A stretch of 64,000 nucleotides of DNA from Utricularia gibba (Eukaryota > Plantae > Magnoliophyta). Below are positions 9,700 through 22,250 of the stretch, in pieces. Both the position numbers and the translations under genes were made by a program. The notes below the pieces were generated by a model. The model had not been told where the DNA came from, searched no databases, and saw only the letters and a list, made by a program, of their open reading frames with translations. The DNA lies in NCBI GenBank assembly GCA_002189035.1, contig NEEC01000024.1, positions 744,001-808,000 of the forward strand, written 5' to 3'. Within the stretch, counting starts at the first letter, position 1. The number at the start of each line of letters is the position of its first letter.

Positions 9700-12040
9700 G
9701 GATGTGTATTGTCATTTGTGACCAAAAGAAATCAAGAAGATGGAAAACAAGTGTATGTAGTAGTGGGGTAGAGCTTATTGAAAATATACTAAGTACTAGA
9801 GCTTAGTATTACTTCATCTTCAACAAACTCCTTCTTATGCAAAGCTTGGCGAGCTCCAAACTTCTATCAAAGATGAGCAAATCTGGTGGCAAGGAGTACT
9901 TTGGTTAGTATATCTTCAACTTGTTCTTTGAAAGAGTGGAAAACCAACTTAACAAATCCATCACTTTCAGCATTTCTCAAGGCATGATATTTAACATTTA
10001 TATGTTTTGTTCAACCATGGAACACAAGGTTTCTGGTTATTGCAATTGCAGACTTAGAGTCACAAAGTATTTTTGTTGATCCAACACATTTGAGCTTCAA
10101 ATCTTTTAGGAGTTTACACAGCCAAAGAGATTCGTTACATGGCTTTGAAGTAGCGTAATATTTGGCTTCTGCTATAGATTGTGCAACTGTGGACTGCATT
10201 TTTGAACACCAACATACCATTGCACCTCCAAGGGAAAAATAGTACCCAGAAGTGCTTCTAAAGTCATCAAGGGATCCGACAAAGTCAAAAACTGTAAACT
10301 TGAACATAGTTAAATCACCACCAACAGCGTAAAACATGCCGAAATCACTTGTTTCCTTGTGATATCTTATGATTCTTTTTGCTGTAGCATAATGAATAGA
10401 AGTAGGAGCATTCAGTAGCGAGATAACAAGCATGTTGAATGGGCAATGCCAGGTCTAGTGCTGCAAAGAAACATCAGTTTACCAATGATCGAACAATATT
10501 CAAAAGGATAAGCATGCTCAAAATCACCATGTTTTCCAATTTCTGAATTTGGAATCATTGGAGTTGTAACTCTACTACAGTTTTCCAACCCAACAGATTT
10601 TAGGATTTCATCAACATACTTCCTCTGAGATATGAATATGCCTTGATCAAATTGAGAAACTTCAATGCCAAGAAAGTAATTTAATGTCCCCAAGATCATT
10701 TAACTTGAACTGAGTGAGAAGAGACTGTCTTAAAACATTACAAGCCTCATCATTTTCCCCTGAAACAAGAATGCCATCCACATAAACAAAGACAATAAGT
10801 AATTCACCAGCAACTTGTTTGATATATAGGATAGGATCATATATTTTTTTCAAATCCACATGACAAAATGAAGTCATTCAGTCGAGAGAACCAAGCTCGT
10901 GGTGCTTGTTAAGCCCATACAAGGCCTTTTTCAGCAAGTAAACCTTGGGAGACTCAAATTGAATTTCAAACCTTGGAGGTTGAGTAACGTAAATTTGTTC
11001 CTCCAAATAATCATTTAAAAAGCTAGACTTGATATCAAATTGATACACAGTTCACTTGAGGATTGAAGACAAAGAAAGAAGGACTCAAATGGAATTGAAT
11101 CGTGCAACTGGAGCAAAAGTGTCAAAGAAATCCATTCTTACTTGATCATACCCCTTAACAACACAGTCTTGTCTTATACTTATTTAAGAAGCCATTGGGA
11201 TTTCTATTGACATGAAAGATCCATTTTAGTCCAATTGTCTTCCTATCTTGAGGCTGATCAACCAACTCCCAAGCTTCATATATGTTGATCATTCATAACT
11301 CCTCCTCTATAGCATTTCTCTTGACACCAGAAGTGAGAGCTTGATCAAGAGAATTTGGTTCTAGAGACACATTGCAGGTCTGATAAATATTTGGTAAACG
11401 TTGAGAACCACGAACTGGTGTATGATCCCAGTTTTCACTGTCCATATGATGATTATTTTTAGTAATGTATGACTCACTAGACACCACATGAGGCAAACGA
11501 TTAGTACTTGATGAAGCAGTAGCAGGTGTACTGATTCTAGGAGAGTTATGAACATTTGCATCCATATTATCGATGGAGGTTTTGACTGGATTGATGGCTG
11601 TAGCAAGAAATTCATGAATATTTGCATCCACATTTTCTATGTAGGCTTCAACAGGGTTCATGATAGTAAGCAGTCTGTTGGTTTCAAAATCCCAAATGAC
11701 ATCTTCATCTATTTGCAATGATTTGCATAGTGAAATTCACTAAGTAAAGGGGTCATAAATATGATATCCCTTTGAGAAATTCGAATAGCCAACTAAAATT
11801 CCAATAAAAGCTCTTTTATCCAATTTATTTCTCATGAAAAAAGGTACATAGTAGTAACAAACATTTCCAAAGACCTTTAAATATTTCATAGATGGTTTGG
11901 AGCCAAACCATATTCATATGGAGTATCAAATGATATGGCTATAGATGGAAGTATATTCTACAAGTGAACAGCAGTTGAGCCAGCCTTAGCCCACAGAAAG
12001 TGAGGTAAATGTTTATCAAATAGATGATAATTTGTCTTTC
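9700..12040 (-). mobile_element. Ty1/Copia remnant (integrase C-terminus, RT, RNase H, PPT, start of 3' LTR)
   Basis: RSTSGYYFSLGGAMVCWCSKMQSTVAQS and ILCDSKSAIAI (RNase H); LNYFLGIEV and IVFVYVDG (RT); purine tract aagaaggag followed by TGTTG at 9825. Many stops; ends approximate. Confidence 0.85.
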
Positions 12041-12289
12041 ATTTTTAAAGTTGTATGTTTGCAAGTATTGATATGTATATTAGTGCAATTTCAAGCTTCA
12101 TGAATTTGGTTATTCAATAGTATACTGATATTTAGATTGTTTTTCTAAATAAATTTTATTATTATTAGTTTTTAACTACATTTAGGAGTTTTTTCGAATT
12201 CATATAATCAAAGTATACTAATTTTATTGTACTTTTAATCTCTAGTTAATGTTGGAGATGCATTAATCAGTCGTAATAGTTCATGTACA

Positions 12290-13347
12290 TGATAAGTGAT
12301 TTTGTGTTATTCCAAAACATGTTCTTCTATTACTCTTGAGTGTTGTTTTTACTTATCTTAGATTTCACTTTCTCATTATTTTCAATTGATTTTGCATCTT
12401 TCACACTACTTTGATCTTTTTGGGGAGAAAGTGTATTTTATGGATTTTTAGGACATTTGTGGATCAATTTGAGGAGAAATCAAGACCCACCAAATTATTG
12501 ACTTGATGGGCCACGAATCTCAGCCCAAGACTCGATCAGACGATGAAGATTTGGTCTAAGGTTCGTGGATAAGATAAAGATATGAAGATGATCTTGAAAT
12601 ATTTGGATAAAAGATTTGGATAGAAGATCTTTATCCAAGCCCATCAAATAAACCAATATAAAGACTTAGATCTACTCTCCAATAAATACCCCACTCTATC
12701 AACCACTAGAGACGTCCTTTGACAACTTTTCCTTTGTACTTTTCCTATTTTCATGTCTATTTTCGTGTCCTTTGACCAATCAAGTCTGCGCGTGTAGATG
12801 CTTGCAGCTGAAGATTTGCGGTGAAGCCTTGCTTGCACAAGTCATGCACGTGGGACTATTTTACTATGTTTTTCAACATTTAAATTGAGGTTTGATTCTG
12901 TTTTTCGCAATGTTTTTTTTACCAACACGCTCTTTAGTAATCTGTCTACGAGGTGTGAGGTATAGGAGTTAGATTTGAGTGTGGGGAAAACATGGATTAT
13001 TACAAGAGGTGAAATGGTTCTGGTGGCGTGGTTGATTCTATAATCCCACAAAACAAGGGACGGTGCTATAACAATCAACGAGTAGCACTATTTTAGAATA
13101 ACACCCCCAAAGCTTGCGCAAGCAGATTAGTCTTCAAGGTTTGCACACACGCAAGGGACGAGTTTTGGGCAAGGTGAATCTTCGATCCAAGACCACTGTT
13201 CTTGATATTTTTCAAACCAAATCTTTCTTTTGTTTTCAGTCTTTTTTTTAGTCTTAGTTTGAAAAGAAAATTCCAATAACAATTCCTTGTGGATACGATC
13301 TTATTTTATTATTCGACAGTTTCTGTGCACTTGTAGAATTACCATCA
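12290..13347 (+). mobile_element. 5' LTR of an Athila-type element (family A)
   Basis: Starts TGATAAGTG, ends ACCATCA, followed by a PBS; its reverse-complement homologue lies at 57776-58947. Confidence 0.85.
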
Positions 13348-13353
13348 AGTTTT

Positions 13354-13370
13354 TGGCGCCGTTGCCAGGG
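13354..13370 (+). promoter_or_regulatory. Primer-binding site complementary to the tRNA-Asp 3' end
   Basis: TGGCGCCGTTGCCAGGG just after the LTR end; the typical Athila PBS. Confidence 0.9.
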
Positions 13371-13558
13371 AATTGTATTCCTTTGGATTTTCTTTTCTGA
13401 TTTTTTTTTAGGTTATTTCTTATTTTTCTGTTATTTTCATAGTTTTTCTCTATTTGCACACTTGCGCAAACAACTGGTCTTCTCCATATAAAAAAAAGAG
13501 GTAAAGAAAAAAAATATATTTTGTTTTTGATTTCCATTCATCATTTGCTTGTGTAGGT

Positions 13559-16500
13559 ATGAGAAGACTTGATCGAGATGTAACCTTTAATCTCGAATTC
13601 GAGAAAATTGATGGGCGAATTAGATCAAGAAACCGGTCTTCACAACAATATTATCCTTGGGTGTCAGATTCTAGGATGCGTTCTTGGAAGATGGATGACT
13701 TGTTTTATCTTGAAGATTATCCTAAAGAATCATGTGTTGAGAGATACATTCTTGAGCACAAATCACATGACTATCAGGTAAATCATTTGATTTCATATTC
13801 AGAATTGACACCTTCACGCAGGTACAATAGGGATCAATTGATGCTTAAGCAAGCACGGCCGAAAACACAAAGCACATAATACACCAGGTATCAATCTCAT
13901 TCATCATTAGATTAAGAGGACAATGATTTTGGAAGTGATTCTGAAGATGAAGAGTTAGAGGAGAAATTCATGAGGTCTCACAGCAGACTTGCGCAAGGAG
14001 AAAGTCATGCAAATCGGGTTGACAACCAACAAAACTCAAATCATGGTTGGAGACAACCTGAATGTCCATCCTTGAGAGATATGTTGAGTCAAATCATTGA
14101 GAGGCAAGAGCAGATGAATAGAGATTTTTTTGAACAAATCAAGCAGATAAAGGAAGAATTTTTAGATCAAATCAAGGGAGTGCGTGACATGCATAACAAG
14201 TTGCAGCAATTCATAACTAAAAATCAAATGCTAGAAGCTCAATTGAATGATTTGGAAGCCATCTACACACCAGAGTATTCATGTCAATTGGAAGAGACCC
14301 CACCAGATGTGATGATATTGAAACTGAAGATGGAATTCCAACAATGTGTGTCCCTGACCTTGCGCAAGCTATGGAAGCAGATTGTGTCACACATGAACAT
14401 TTGCAAGCAGCAGATCTTTTTGAGGATCACACCCACGAATTATGTGATCAGGACACACATCAAGATTAAATGTCCAAAGGTCCCTAAGCTTCACAAAAAA
14501 AGATTTGAAGGAAGAAGAACTTGTCATCACAAGTAAGGATTTAGTTGAAGAATATATTTTTGTTTTTGACAAAGATTTCTTTCGTAGAATGCAGCAACTC
14601 AAGGAAGCTTCGATCACAATTCCATGCACTAGAGCTTTCCATTTTAGTCATACAAAGAGCAAACAAAAAAATGGCATGATGGGCACTTGCGCAAGATGTC
14701 TCATAAAAGGTGATGAATTTTTAGTCCTGTTTTCAAATCATGAATTTTTTGCCAGAAATTTCAAATCAAGATGGACTGTGATTTGTGCAATCAAGAGGCT
14801 CTTTCAAAATAAATTCTGGAGCAATAGAAAATGGAAGAAGCTTCATGGAAAATTCAAGAGGTTTGCTCTTCGCTTTCACACATTTCCATACCGACCACGT
14901 TAACCTTTTACCAAGGCATGGTTTACTTGTTGCCATTCAAAAACAAGTTGGTTTGTTTGATACATTTTATTTTATTGAGTAGGATAAGTCTTTATGTTTT
15001 AGAGAAGTTTCTGTTTTTTGTAATAAATTTGTTGAGAGATGATTTTATAGAAATAAGATATGAATTTTCATATGAGTTTTGATATATGCCCAGTATGCTT
15101 GCGCAAGTAGAATTGCAACTTGCACAATGAGATTTTTGCATTTAAAAGTTGCGAAAAGGCTGATATGAATGACCACGAAAATGCACATGTCATGCAACTT
15201 ATATTGATTGTCCAAATGAAGAAAATTCTACTTTTTAGAATAAGTGATCCAGGTCAGATTTATTCAAGCTTTGCAAATAAGTTCTTGTTCAAGTGTGGGG
15301 GAGAAGTATCATTTTCATTTTTCTTCAAATGGAATGTGATTTTATTTAGTGACTTATCACAATCTCCCACTTGGTGTTTTGCTGGAACTTAAACTTTTGT
15401 TTTTGGTATTATTTCTTCAAAATAGTTGATGTGCATTAGAATTTTGGCATGCTTCTTGCTAAGGTATTCTTTTGCATGCTGTTCATTTTGTACTCCTTGC
15501 ATAAGCTACATAGCCCTACTTTCTTGGTGAGGAGACCACTTTTATTCTCTTTTCTTTATGAGTGACCTGAATGTACCACGATCATGGGCTTGTTCTTGTG
15601 TATACTGCTGGGTTATTCTACAAGTCTTGCGCAAAGGGATTGAGGCATTAGGATTTTCCCTATTTTATCTCTATTATCCCAACTTGAATCTGCTTAGTGA
15701 GCCCCGCTTGGCCTAAAACCCTTTTATTTGGATTACCACATCAGAAGCCAAACCCATTTTTACAATTATAGCCTACTCAAATTTCTCTTGACCCAAGGAA
15801 GGAGCATCTGGAGAACAGTTTTGTTCATTTTCTTGCGCAAGCTGCAGAACCAGGAGCTCTATTACAAAAGAAAACAAGTTGAAAGCAATTTTCAACTCAA
15901 TGATCAAGCTCTATCTCAACAAATTATGAAGGGATTTTCAACAGACATCCTATGCAAGAGAGAGATCAATTTCGAAAAAAAGAAAGAAGGAATGAAAAAA
16001 AAAAGAGAGAAGAAGAAGAAGAAGAAAGAAAAAAGGTTGAAGTGTTGAAAAGAAGCCGCAAAGCTGAAAGAGAAGGAGTTACTTGAAGTACAAAAATCAA
16101 AAGGCAAGCATGACAGAATTGTTTGATGGATGCTTACTCCTTATTACCCATAAAATGGAGCCTCCAACCGAATTTCCCACCTATCCTAAGCTTCTGCCAT
16201 GCTACAACCTGAGAGAAAGACCTCATGATTGTGCAAGCTTGCTGAAACTAGTGGATCACTTGCGTAAGTTTACTGACTCGCCTACATTCAGGTATTGAGC
16301 GATCCTCTTTTCATTTCACCCTCCTCTTATGGATTTCTTTTGTTGAGCATATTGAGTGACCTGTGGGAGTAGCTACGTGCAAGAGGAGCTAGTGGATGGT
16401 GTACTATTGAATACACCAACATATTGTGATCCTTCATCACCTGAATCATCTTGTGATGAAGACATATTATAGAATTCAAGTCATTTATGTGAGGAAGATA

Positions 16501-16600
16501 CTATTGAGCAAACTGAATACGAAATGATGTAAGAAATTATCTCATCTCCACCTTTTTCAAGTGATGATGATGATGAACAAATAGAAGACAAATATTATGA
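13559..16600 (+). mobile_element. Internal region of a degenerate or non-autonomous Athila-type element (broken gag-like ORFs, no pol or 3' LTR seen)
   Basis: MRRLDRDVTFNLEFEKI resembles an Athila gag N-terminus; a coiled-coil-like ORF at 13970-14536; aagtgtggggga-type motif at ~15293. Right end approximate. Confidence 0.55.
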
Positions 16601-18395
16601 AAACATGTTGTAATGGAACTTCCAAAAATGGTTTAGTTTGAGAAGACCTTGAACTTCTTCGATCACAATGTACAAAATCTCATACGAGTGTGGGTTAAAG
16701 TTTAAACCACGCATGTATTCAGTTGTTCCTATGAAATTGAATATGTGGTTGTGCTATATTGGGGAAATACATATTACCAAACAAATTTGGACATTTATTT
16801 TAATCTTCTTGAAAAAATGCATTTAAGCATACTTTACGTTAAAAAAATTTTAATACAAGATATTACAATAAAATATATTACAAAATTTTATGTCTAGTCA
16901 ATTCAACTTATAAATTTCATAAAACTATCACATGTATACCATTTTTTATCTGAAATGATATCACAGGTGTACCATTTTAGCATTGAAATTATAAAAAAAA
17001 ATTGGTGTAACATTGAATTCATTTGTCTTTTTCCCAATTGAAAAATTCTAAATCCAATGATGCTATGGAAGACATTTCTCATATTATTATTTTTCTACCT
17101 CCTCTTAGCCTTAGAATTTGATGGCTTCCTCTCCAATTGAGATTCGGTTGTATTGAAGAGGTAACATGTTTTATGTAAACATGACTCACGAGTGACCACC
17201 ATGATGTTTTGCCTAGATTGCTCAGGATACATCAATATCCATGCTACAGTTGTTGATTTTTAAGGTTATGTAATTATTCTCAATAAGGTATTTTATTAGT
17301 ATTATTGTAAATTATATTGTTATAGATCTAACAATGGGTTTTAAGTTGATTTTCTCGAAAAAATGCACTCTAAATAGATTCTCTAAGGATTGAGCGCTAA
17401 TAAAAAATGCACTCTAAATAGGTTCTCAAAAAAATGCACTCCAATGGGTTTTAAGTTGCTCTCGATCCTTAGGTTCTCTGAGGATTGAGCACTAATAAAA
17501 ATTTAAAATAAAAAAATAGGTATTCGATATCGATTAAAATTTAAAATAAATAAAATAAGCACTTAATTCTTGGACTCTCTAAAAATAGAATACTAATAGA
17601 AAACTAATAGAAAACTAATAGAAATTTAAAATAAAAAAATATATTCAATCCAAATAATATATAATGTTCTAACATATTCATTTGATAGAATATAAAAAGC
17701 AATAAATATACTATCATATTTCTGTGAATATACATCCTGAAAATAAATACAAAATGATGATGTAAAAATGTTGGTACTATTAAATGACAAAGTTGGTTAT
17801 ATTTGTAATTCTCTGACTAATAGTTGGTGCAATAAGGTATTTACCCTTTCGTAATACATTTTTTTTACTGTGGTATACTTGCTGATGAGTTTTTTGATGT
17901 TGAATTTTCAAATATCTTGCTAACCTGCTTATCATTTGTATAATTTTATTGTTATTTGATATTTAGTTTCATTAAACATATTGTAGGCCATCTGACTTGC
18001 TGTCAGCCATATAGTTCCCACGTTGCCATGGGCCTACAAGAAAAAAATAAATTGTTGCTATTGCTTTTTCAAGCATCCCTCACTATGACATTATGTATCA
18101 TGCAAGTAGCTGTATTTGTGTTGTCGCTGCAAAGAACCAGAGAAGCAAGTGCGGATCTTCAACTTCAATCTAGGGGGGACAAAATCCTTTTTTTATTAAC
18201 CCATAGTTATTAATGTAAAATTAAGAGGAGCTAAAATTTAATTATTATAATTTTAAATCTTATTCATTTTTTTTATATATAAGGGGAGCTACAACCTATG
18301 CTTATTATACTTAAGATCCACACCTGCAGAGAGGTATTCTATGCTTAATAGGATCCAAAGACAACTTGGATATTTAAGACACTTGTGAATTTTAT

Positions 18396-18700
18396 TTGAG
18401 GAGCGGGCATGAAAATTTGGGGCTGCGTTTAGACATGTTTAAAAAACTCTGCATTATTTTCCAACAGCTTGGTAGGTTACTGCACAAATATGTTATAATT
18501 TCAAAAATGGTTGCAAACTTTCTAGACATTCTGGCACATCACAAAAAAATTAGAGAGCAAAAAGTTGCACTTTATGGATCTACTCAAATAGTACACAAAC
18601 ATTTTTATATGGTGCTCCAGATAATTTGTCAACTATGGGATGTGGTATTGATGAAACCCCATGACATAGTTGGTTTAAATGGATTCAAATAGTTTAAGGT
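18396..18700 (+). pseudogene. Third PIF/Harbinger transposase remnant (N-terminal HTH region)
   Basis: NLGLRLDMFKKLC..MVANFLDILAHHKK..HKHFYMVL matches the plant Harbinger transposase N-terminus pattern. Confidence 0.65.
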
Positions 18701-19718
18701 ATTCACTTCTTGGATGAAGCATCATCTAATTGTTCATTATGTTAAGAATTCTATGAATTTTGATATTATTGCTATGGAAAGCTTCATGATTCATATATAG
18801 ACGTTATGATCACAGAGATAGACAAACTTGGTTAGTGATAAGGTAAATAGATCTACCAATTCTTGAAATACCTCTTCAGATTCAAAATCATAGTATAATG
18901 TATATCCTCCCTTGTTCTGGTCATGGAATAGATGACATGAATCCAAAAATTGATTTTTGTTAAAAAATGAAATCTTATGGAAACTGTTCATATACGTTTC
19001 AATGACGTGTAGTGTTACTTGAGTGAAGTATTGTTTGGAAACTAATTTTTTATTATTTCTACTAGGTGCGAAAATCTATGCATTTTTCTCATCAAAGATA
19101 AATGGTGTAAGGGAAGCATTCATATTGTAAGATAGAGAAACCTCTATCACTAGTTATGATGGTAAGGTTATTCCAAAGGCAGTGTGAGGAAGGAAGAAGG
19201 TTGCACTGCACGTCTATCTTCATGTCAAGTTTGAAAATAGTAGTAGGTGTGAGTAATAACAAAGATGTAATTGGTATGAAACAATATTTTCTTGAATTAT
19301 TATCTTACAATGGTTACAGAAAAAAATTATGTCGATTTATATAACAAGCACAAGTGCTGTTTATTCTTTACTGTTATTCTTTGTTGTAGGTTGCATCTCG
19401 TCAAGTGGCGGTTGTGATTTACGTAGCCATGCCTCCAGGATGCACGAGACTTGGACCATCAAACATTTAATTGATTTTTTTTGTTGCGGGTCTCAATTCA
19501 CTTTTCAACTTGGTGGAATCATGTCTGTATTTCATTTTTTTCCAAACCCTTTGTCCCGGCTCGAGAATTAGATATATTACACGGAGGAGCCGAGCGATCC
19601 AATGCGATAAATAATTCTACAAATTGCCTTTGAATCACATGCAAATTTCGTATATGGAAATATGTAGCAGAAACGAAGCTGGTTCACAGAGTGGAAGAAG
19701 CAGATGATGAGAAGATGT

Positions 19719-21921
19719 TTAAGAACAACCATAGAGCGACTTGATCTCCTCGACATCATCGTAGCTGCCGAGAAAGATTGGAGAGCGCTCGTGAATCTTC
19801 TTAGGAACCAAATCAAGTGCCTGAAATGAAGGAGTAGCAGCAGTTGATAAACTCAAATCACTTCCTTCTTCACTTGTATAATATACTCCAACTAAAGTCT
19901 TACCTGTTCCTTGCCGGTAAAGGCTTGCCCTCCTGCTTGTTCCATCAGAAACGCCATCGGGAAGACTTCGTACAACACCCTACACCATCAAAGCCACATC
20001 AACCGGAACCTTGATTTTGTGTCCCAATGTAGAGACTTCCCATCTTTCCAAGAGGCTACTTGCACGAGTACCTGAGTTTTCCATTTGGGCTTTTCTTGTC
20101 GGCTGGGTACAAAAAGATGCCTCCGTAGAGCAGCGTGCGATGAACATCAGCTACCATACTGAAGATTTGACAAGATCACAAGGTGATGTGCAGTCTATTT
20201 ATTCATTTTCGTGGAAACCCAACCCCAGAGGACTCTTGTTTCTTTCTTACCTACCGACATATCGTAGTGATTTTGCTGGTGAACCGTCTTTAGGAAACTT
20301 GCATTTCTCGACGTACCTGATGATCAGTGAAAATCAAGATTTCTATAAAGAAAGCAGAATTACAGGCCAACCACTTGTATGAAAAAGGAGGCAGACTTGG
20401 CAGTTGGCTCATCCCAGTTCTTGGCATTTCCTTCATTCACAGAGTAGATCTTGCCCTTCTTAGGAATCTGCAGTCAGTAACAAGTTCGTAACCCAAGAAG
20501 TTTCCACCATAAAAATAACTCGTGTGAGTCAGAAAAGAACAGCGTTCGGCTCAACCGTAATGTCTGGATGAGTCAGGATAAACTCTCCAAGTGATGGATC
20601 CAGTGTGAAACCATTGACTCCAGTTCCCGTACTCAGCACAAGCTGGGGAGAAGAAGTGGATGAGCTGCTCATATGTATTCATTGAAGGCATCTGAATCTC
20701 AGAAGCAAAGAGTATGTTACCATGCACGAGCTTCCGTACATGCAATACCCTGCAGCAACCATCTCCTTTCCAGGGAGCAGCACATCCTCAATAGTTGGTT
20801 CGTGTTGGTGTTCAACCAGGTAAATTCCAAAGATCTGCAACAAACAAATCACAATAAGGAAATAGTTTCTGCGCATCCCATCGGTGTTACGAAAAAAATC
20901 CTAACGGTTCCAATGGAGACCCCACAGTCAATGTTGGAGGATCCATCCAGTGGATCAAAAACAACACAGTATCTGCAAATTCAGAGCAGAAAACCATTTT
21001 AAGCTGCCTTGTCAAATCAAGAAAAAAAGGGTGAATTACTCTTGAGGAGAAGATTGTATGTACTTTCCACGCTTTGAGGATTCAATGAAGATGGCTTCTT
21101 CATCTTCCTCAGAAACGAGGATACGCTGCAACATCAACAAGGTATCCATCATGATACGCGTAGAGTCTAGGTAACGGAATTTATAAGATCACATACAGTT
21201 CTTCCACTGCTCACTAAAGCCTTGATGAAGACATCATTGGAAAGCACATCCAATTTTTTCTGCTCCTCACCCTTTAGGAACAGAAAGGCAAATTCATCAC
21301 TTCAAATTTAAAAGTGAACTGCGCCAAGAAACATACCTGAACATTGGTCTCTCCAGCAAGTCCAATGAGTTTAGCTAAACCAGCCTGAAATCCACGCAAC
21401 AGTTGCAGATGGTGTAAATAAAGTACCTTTTCATTATTCGGGCGAGAGGGGTTGATTTCAAGAAAAAAGAAAAAGAATACTAGACGACTTGAAGGCTAAA
21501 TTCATGCAACCATCGTAGGGAAGAATTGATAGTGTAAGGTTATCGTCCTGGGGGAGGTTTGACTGGTTTCCCTCCTTTCAAAGGCATCCGTTGAAAAAAT
21601 GACTATCCCCTGATCTCCATTGGTAATATTCTTCTTCAGAAATCAGAAGGGCGAAACAACAACGATATCTCGAAATTCCAGAAGAAAATCTCTATGAATC
21701 GAGCCGAGATAGATGACAAGATACAAACGGAGCAAGTGTAGGGAATCAAAAGAGCGGCCCACCTTGTTAACAGCAGAGCAAACGAATTTGCAGCCAAGAA
21801 CGATATGACTCAACAAGATTGTGAAATCCCCTCGCGACTCTGGGTACTTGGACTGCTCGTTCAACACGAAACGTGTTATGGTCATCAAATCGGTCCGTTG
21901 AGCATCCGCGGAGTGATCCAT
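19719..21921 (-). CDS. cyFBP: Cytosolic fructose-1,6-bisphosphatase, 12 exons, 337 aa, intact
   Basis: Exons 21921-21763, 21384-21337, 21271-21197, 21125-21064, 20972-20906, 20834-20721, 20642-20556, 20467-20397, 20316-20251, 20158-20072, 19979-19904 and 19820-19719, all GT-AG and phase-consistent. [23 protein letters not shown] start (no transit peptide), [23 protein letters not shown] and GKLRVLYE motifs. Confidence 0.97.
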
Positions 21922-21956
21922 GGCCGACACACAAGCGTACGTACACAAGGCAGGTG

Positions 21957-21963
21957 TTTTATA
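21957..21963 (-). promoter_or_regulatory. Candidate TATA box of the FBPase gene
   Basis: TATAAAA on the minus strand ~36 nt upstream of the ATG. It implies a very short 5' UTR, so it may not be the true core promoter. Confidence 0.3.
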
Positions 21964-22230
21964 CGCTACCTAAGAGAGCGAGCGTCACCCGAAAAGAAAA
22001 AAGCGTGTATTTATTGCAAGAAGAAGGGGCCGTTGCATTATCTTGCAATCCATGGCGCGCGGTCCGACAATGCACTAACCCAATCTCCTTACTCGCGTAT
22101 GTGGAGGGAGATGCGATCAGGCAGCAGTGGAGCGGAAAATTAGAGGGAATATCTTCTATCTCCGCAGGCGCAGTCCGAATACAAAAAAGCAAGTTGGTTT
22201 GACACGCGGCATCACCACAGACTTGTTTGC

Positions 22231-22250
22231 ATCAAATCAAATCAAATCAA
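22231..22250. repeat. (ATCAA)4 microsatellite upstream of FBPase
   Basis: atcaaatcaaatcaaatcaa read directly. Confidence 0.8.

Noticed and set aside
15728-16107. Lys-rich and Phe-rich ORFs on opposite strands
   Set aside because: They are products of an A/G-rich low-complexity tract in the retroelement.
17330-17640. Cluster of short imperfect repeats (aaaaaatgcactc, ctaatagaaaa) with possible Mutator-MITE ends at ~16900 and ~17850
   Set aside because: No matching TIR pair or TSD could be established.
18791-19571. Short ORFs downstream of FBPase as a second gene or a Harbinger Myb ORF
   Set aside because: No convincing motif or splice structure; probably TE debris and the 3' UTR.
21922-21948. 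N-terminal extension MCTYACVSA of FBPase suggested by the ORF track
   Set aside because: It starts at GTG, and the conserved cytosolic FBPase N-terminus begins at the ATG at 21921.
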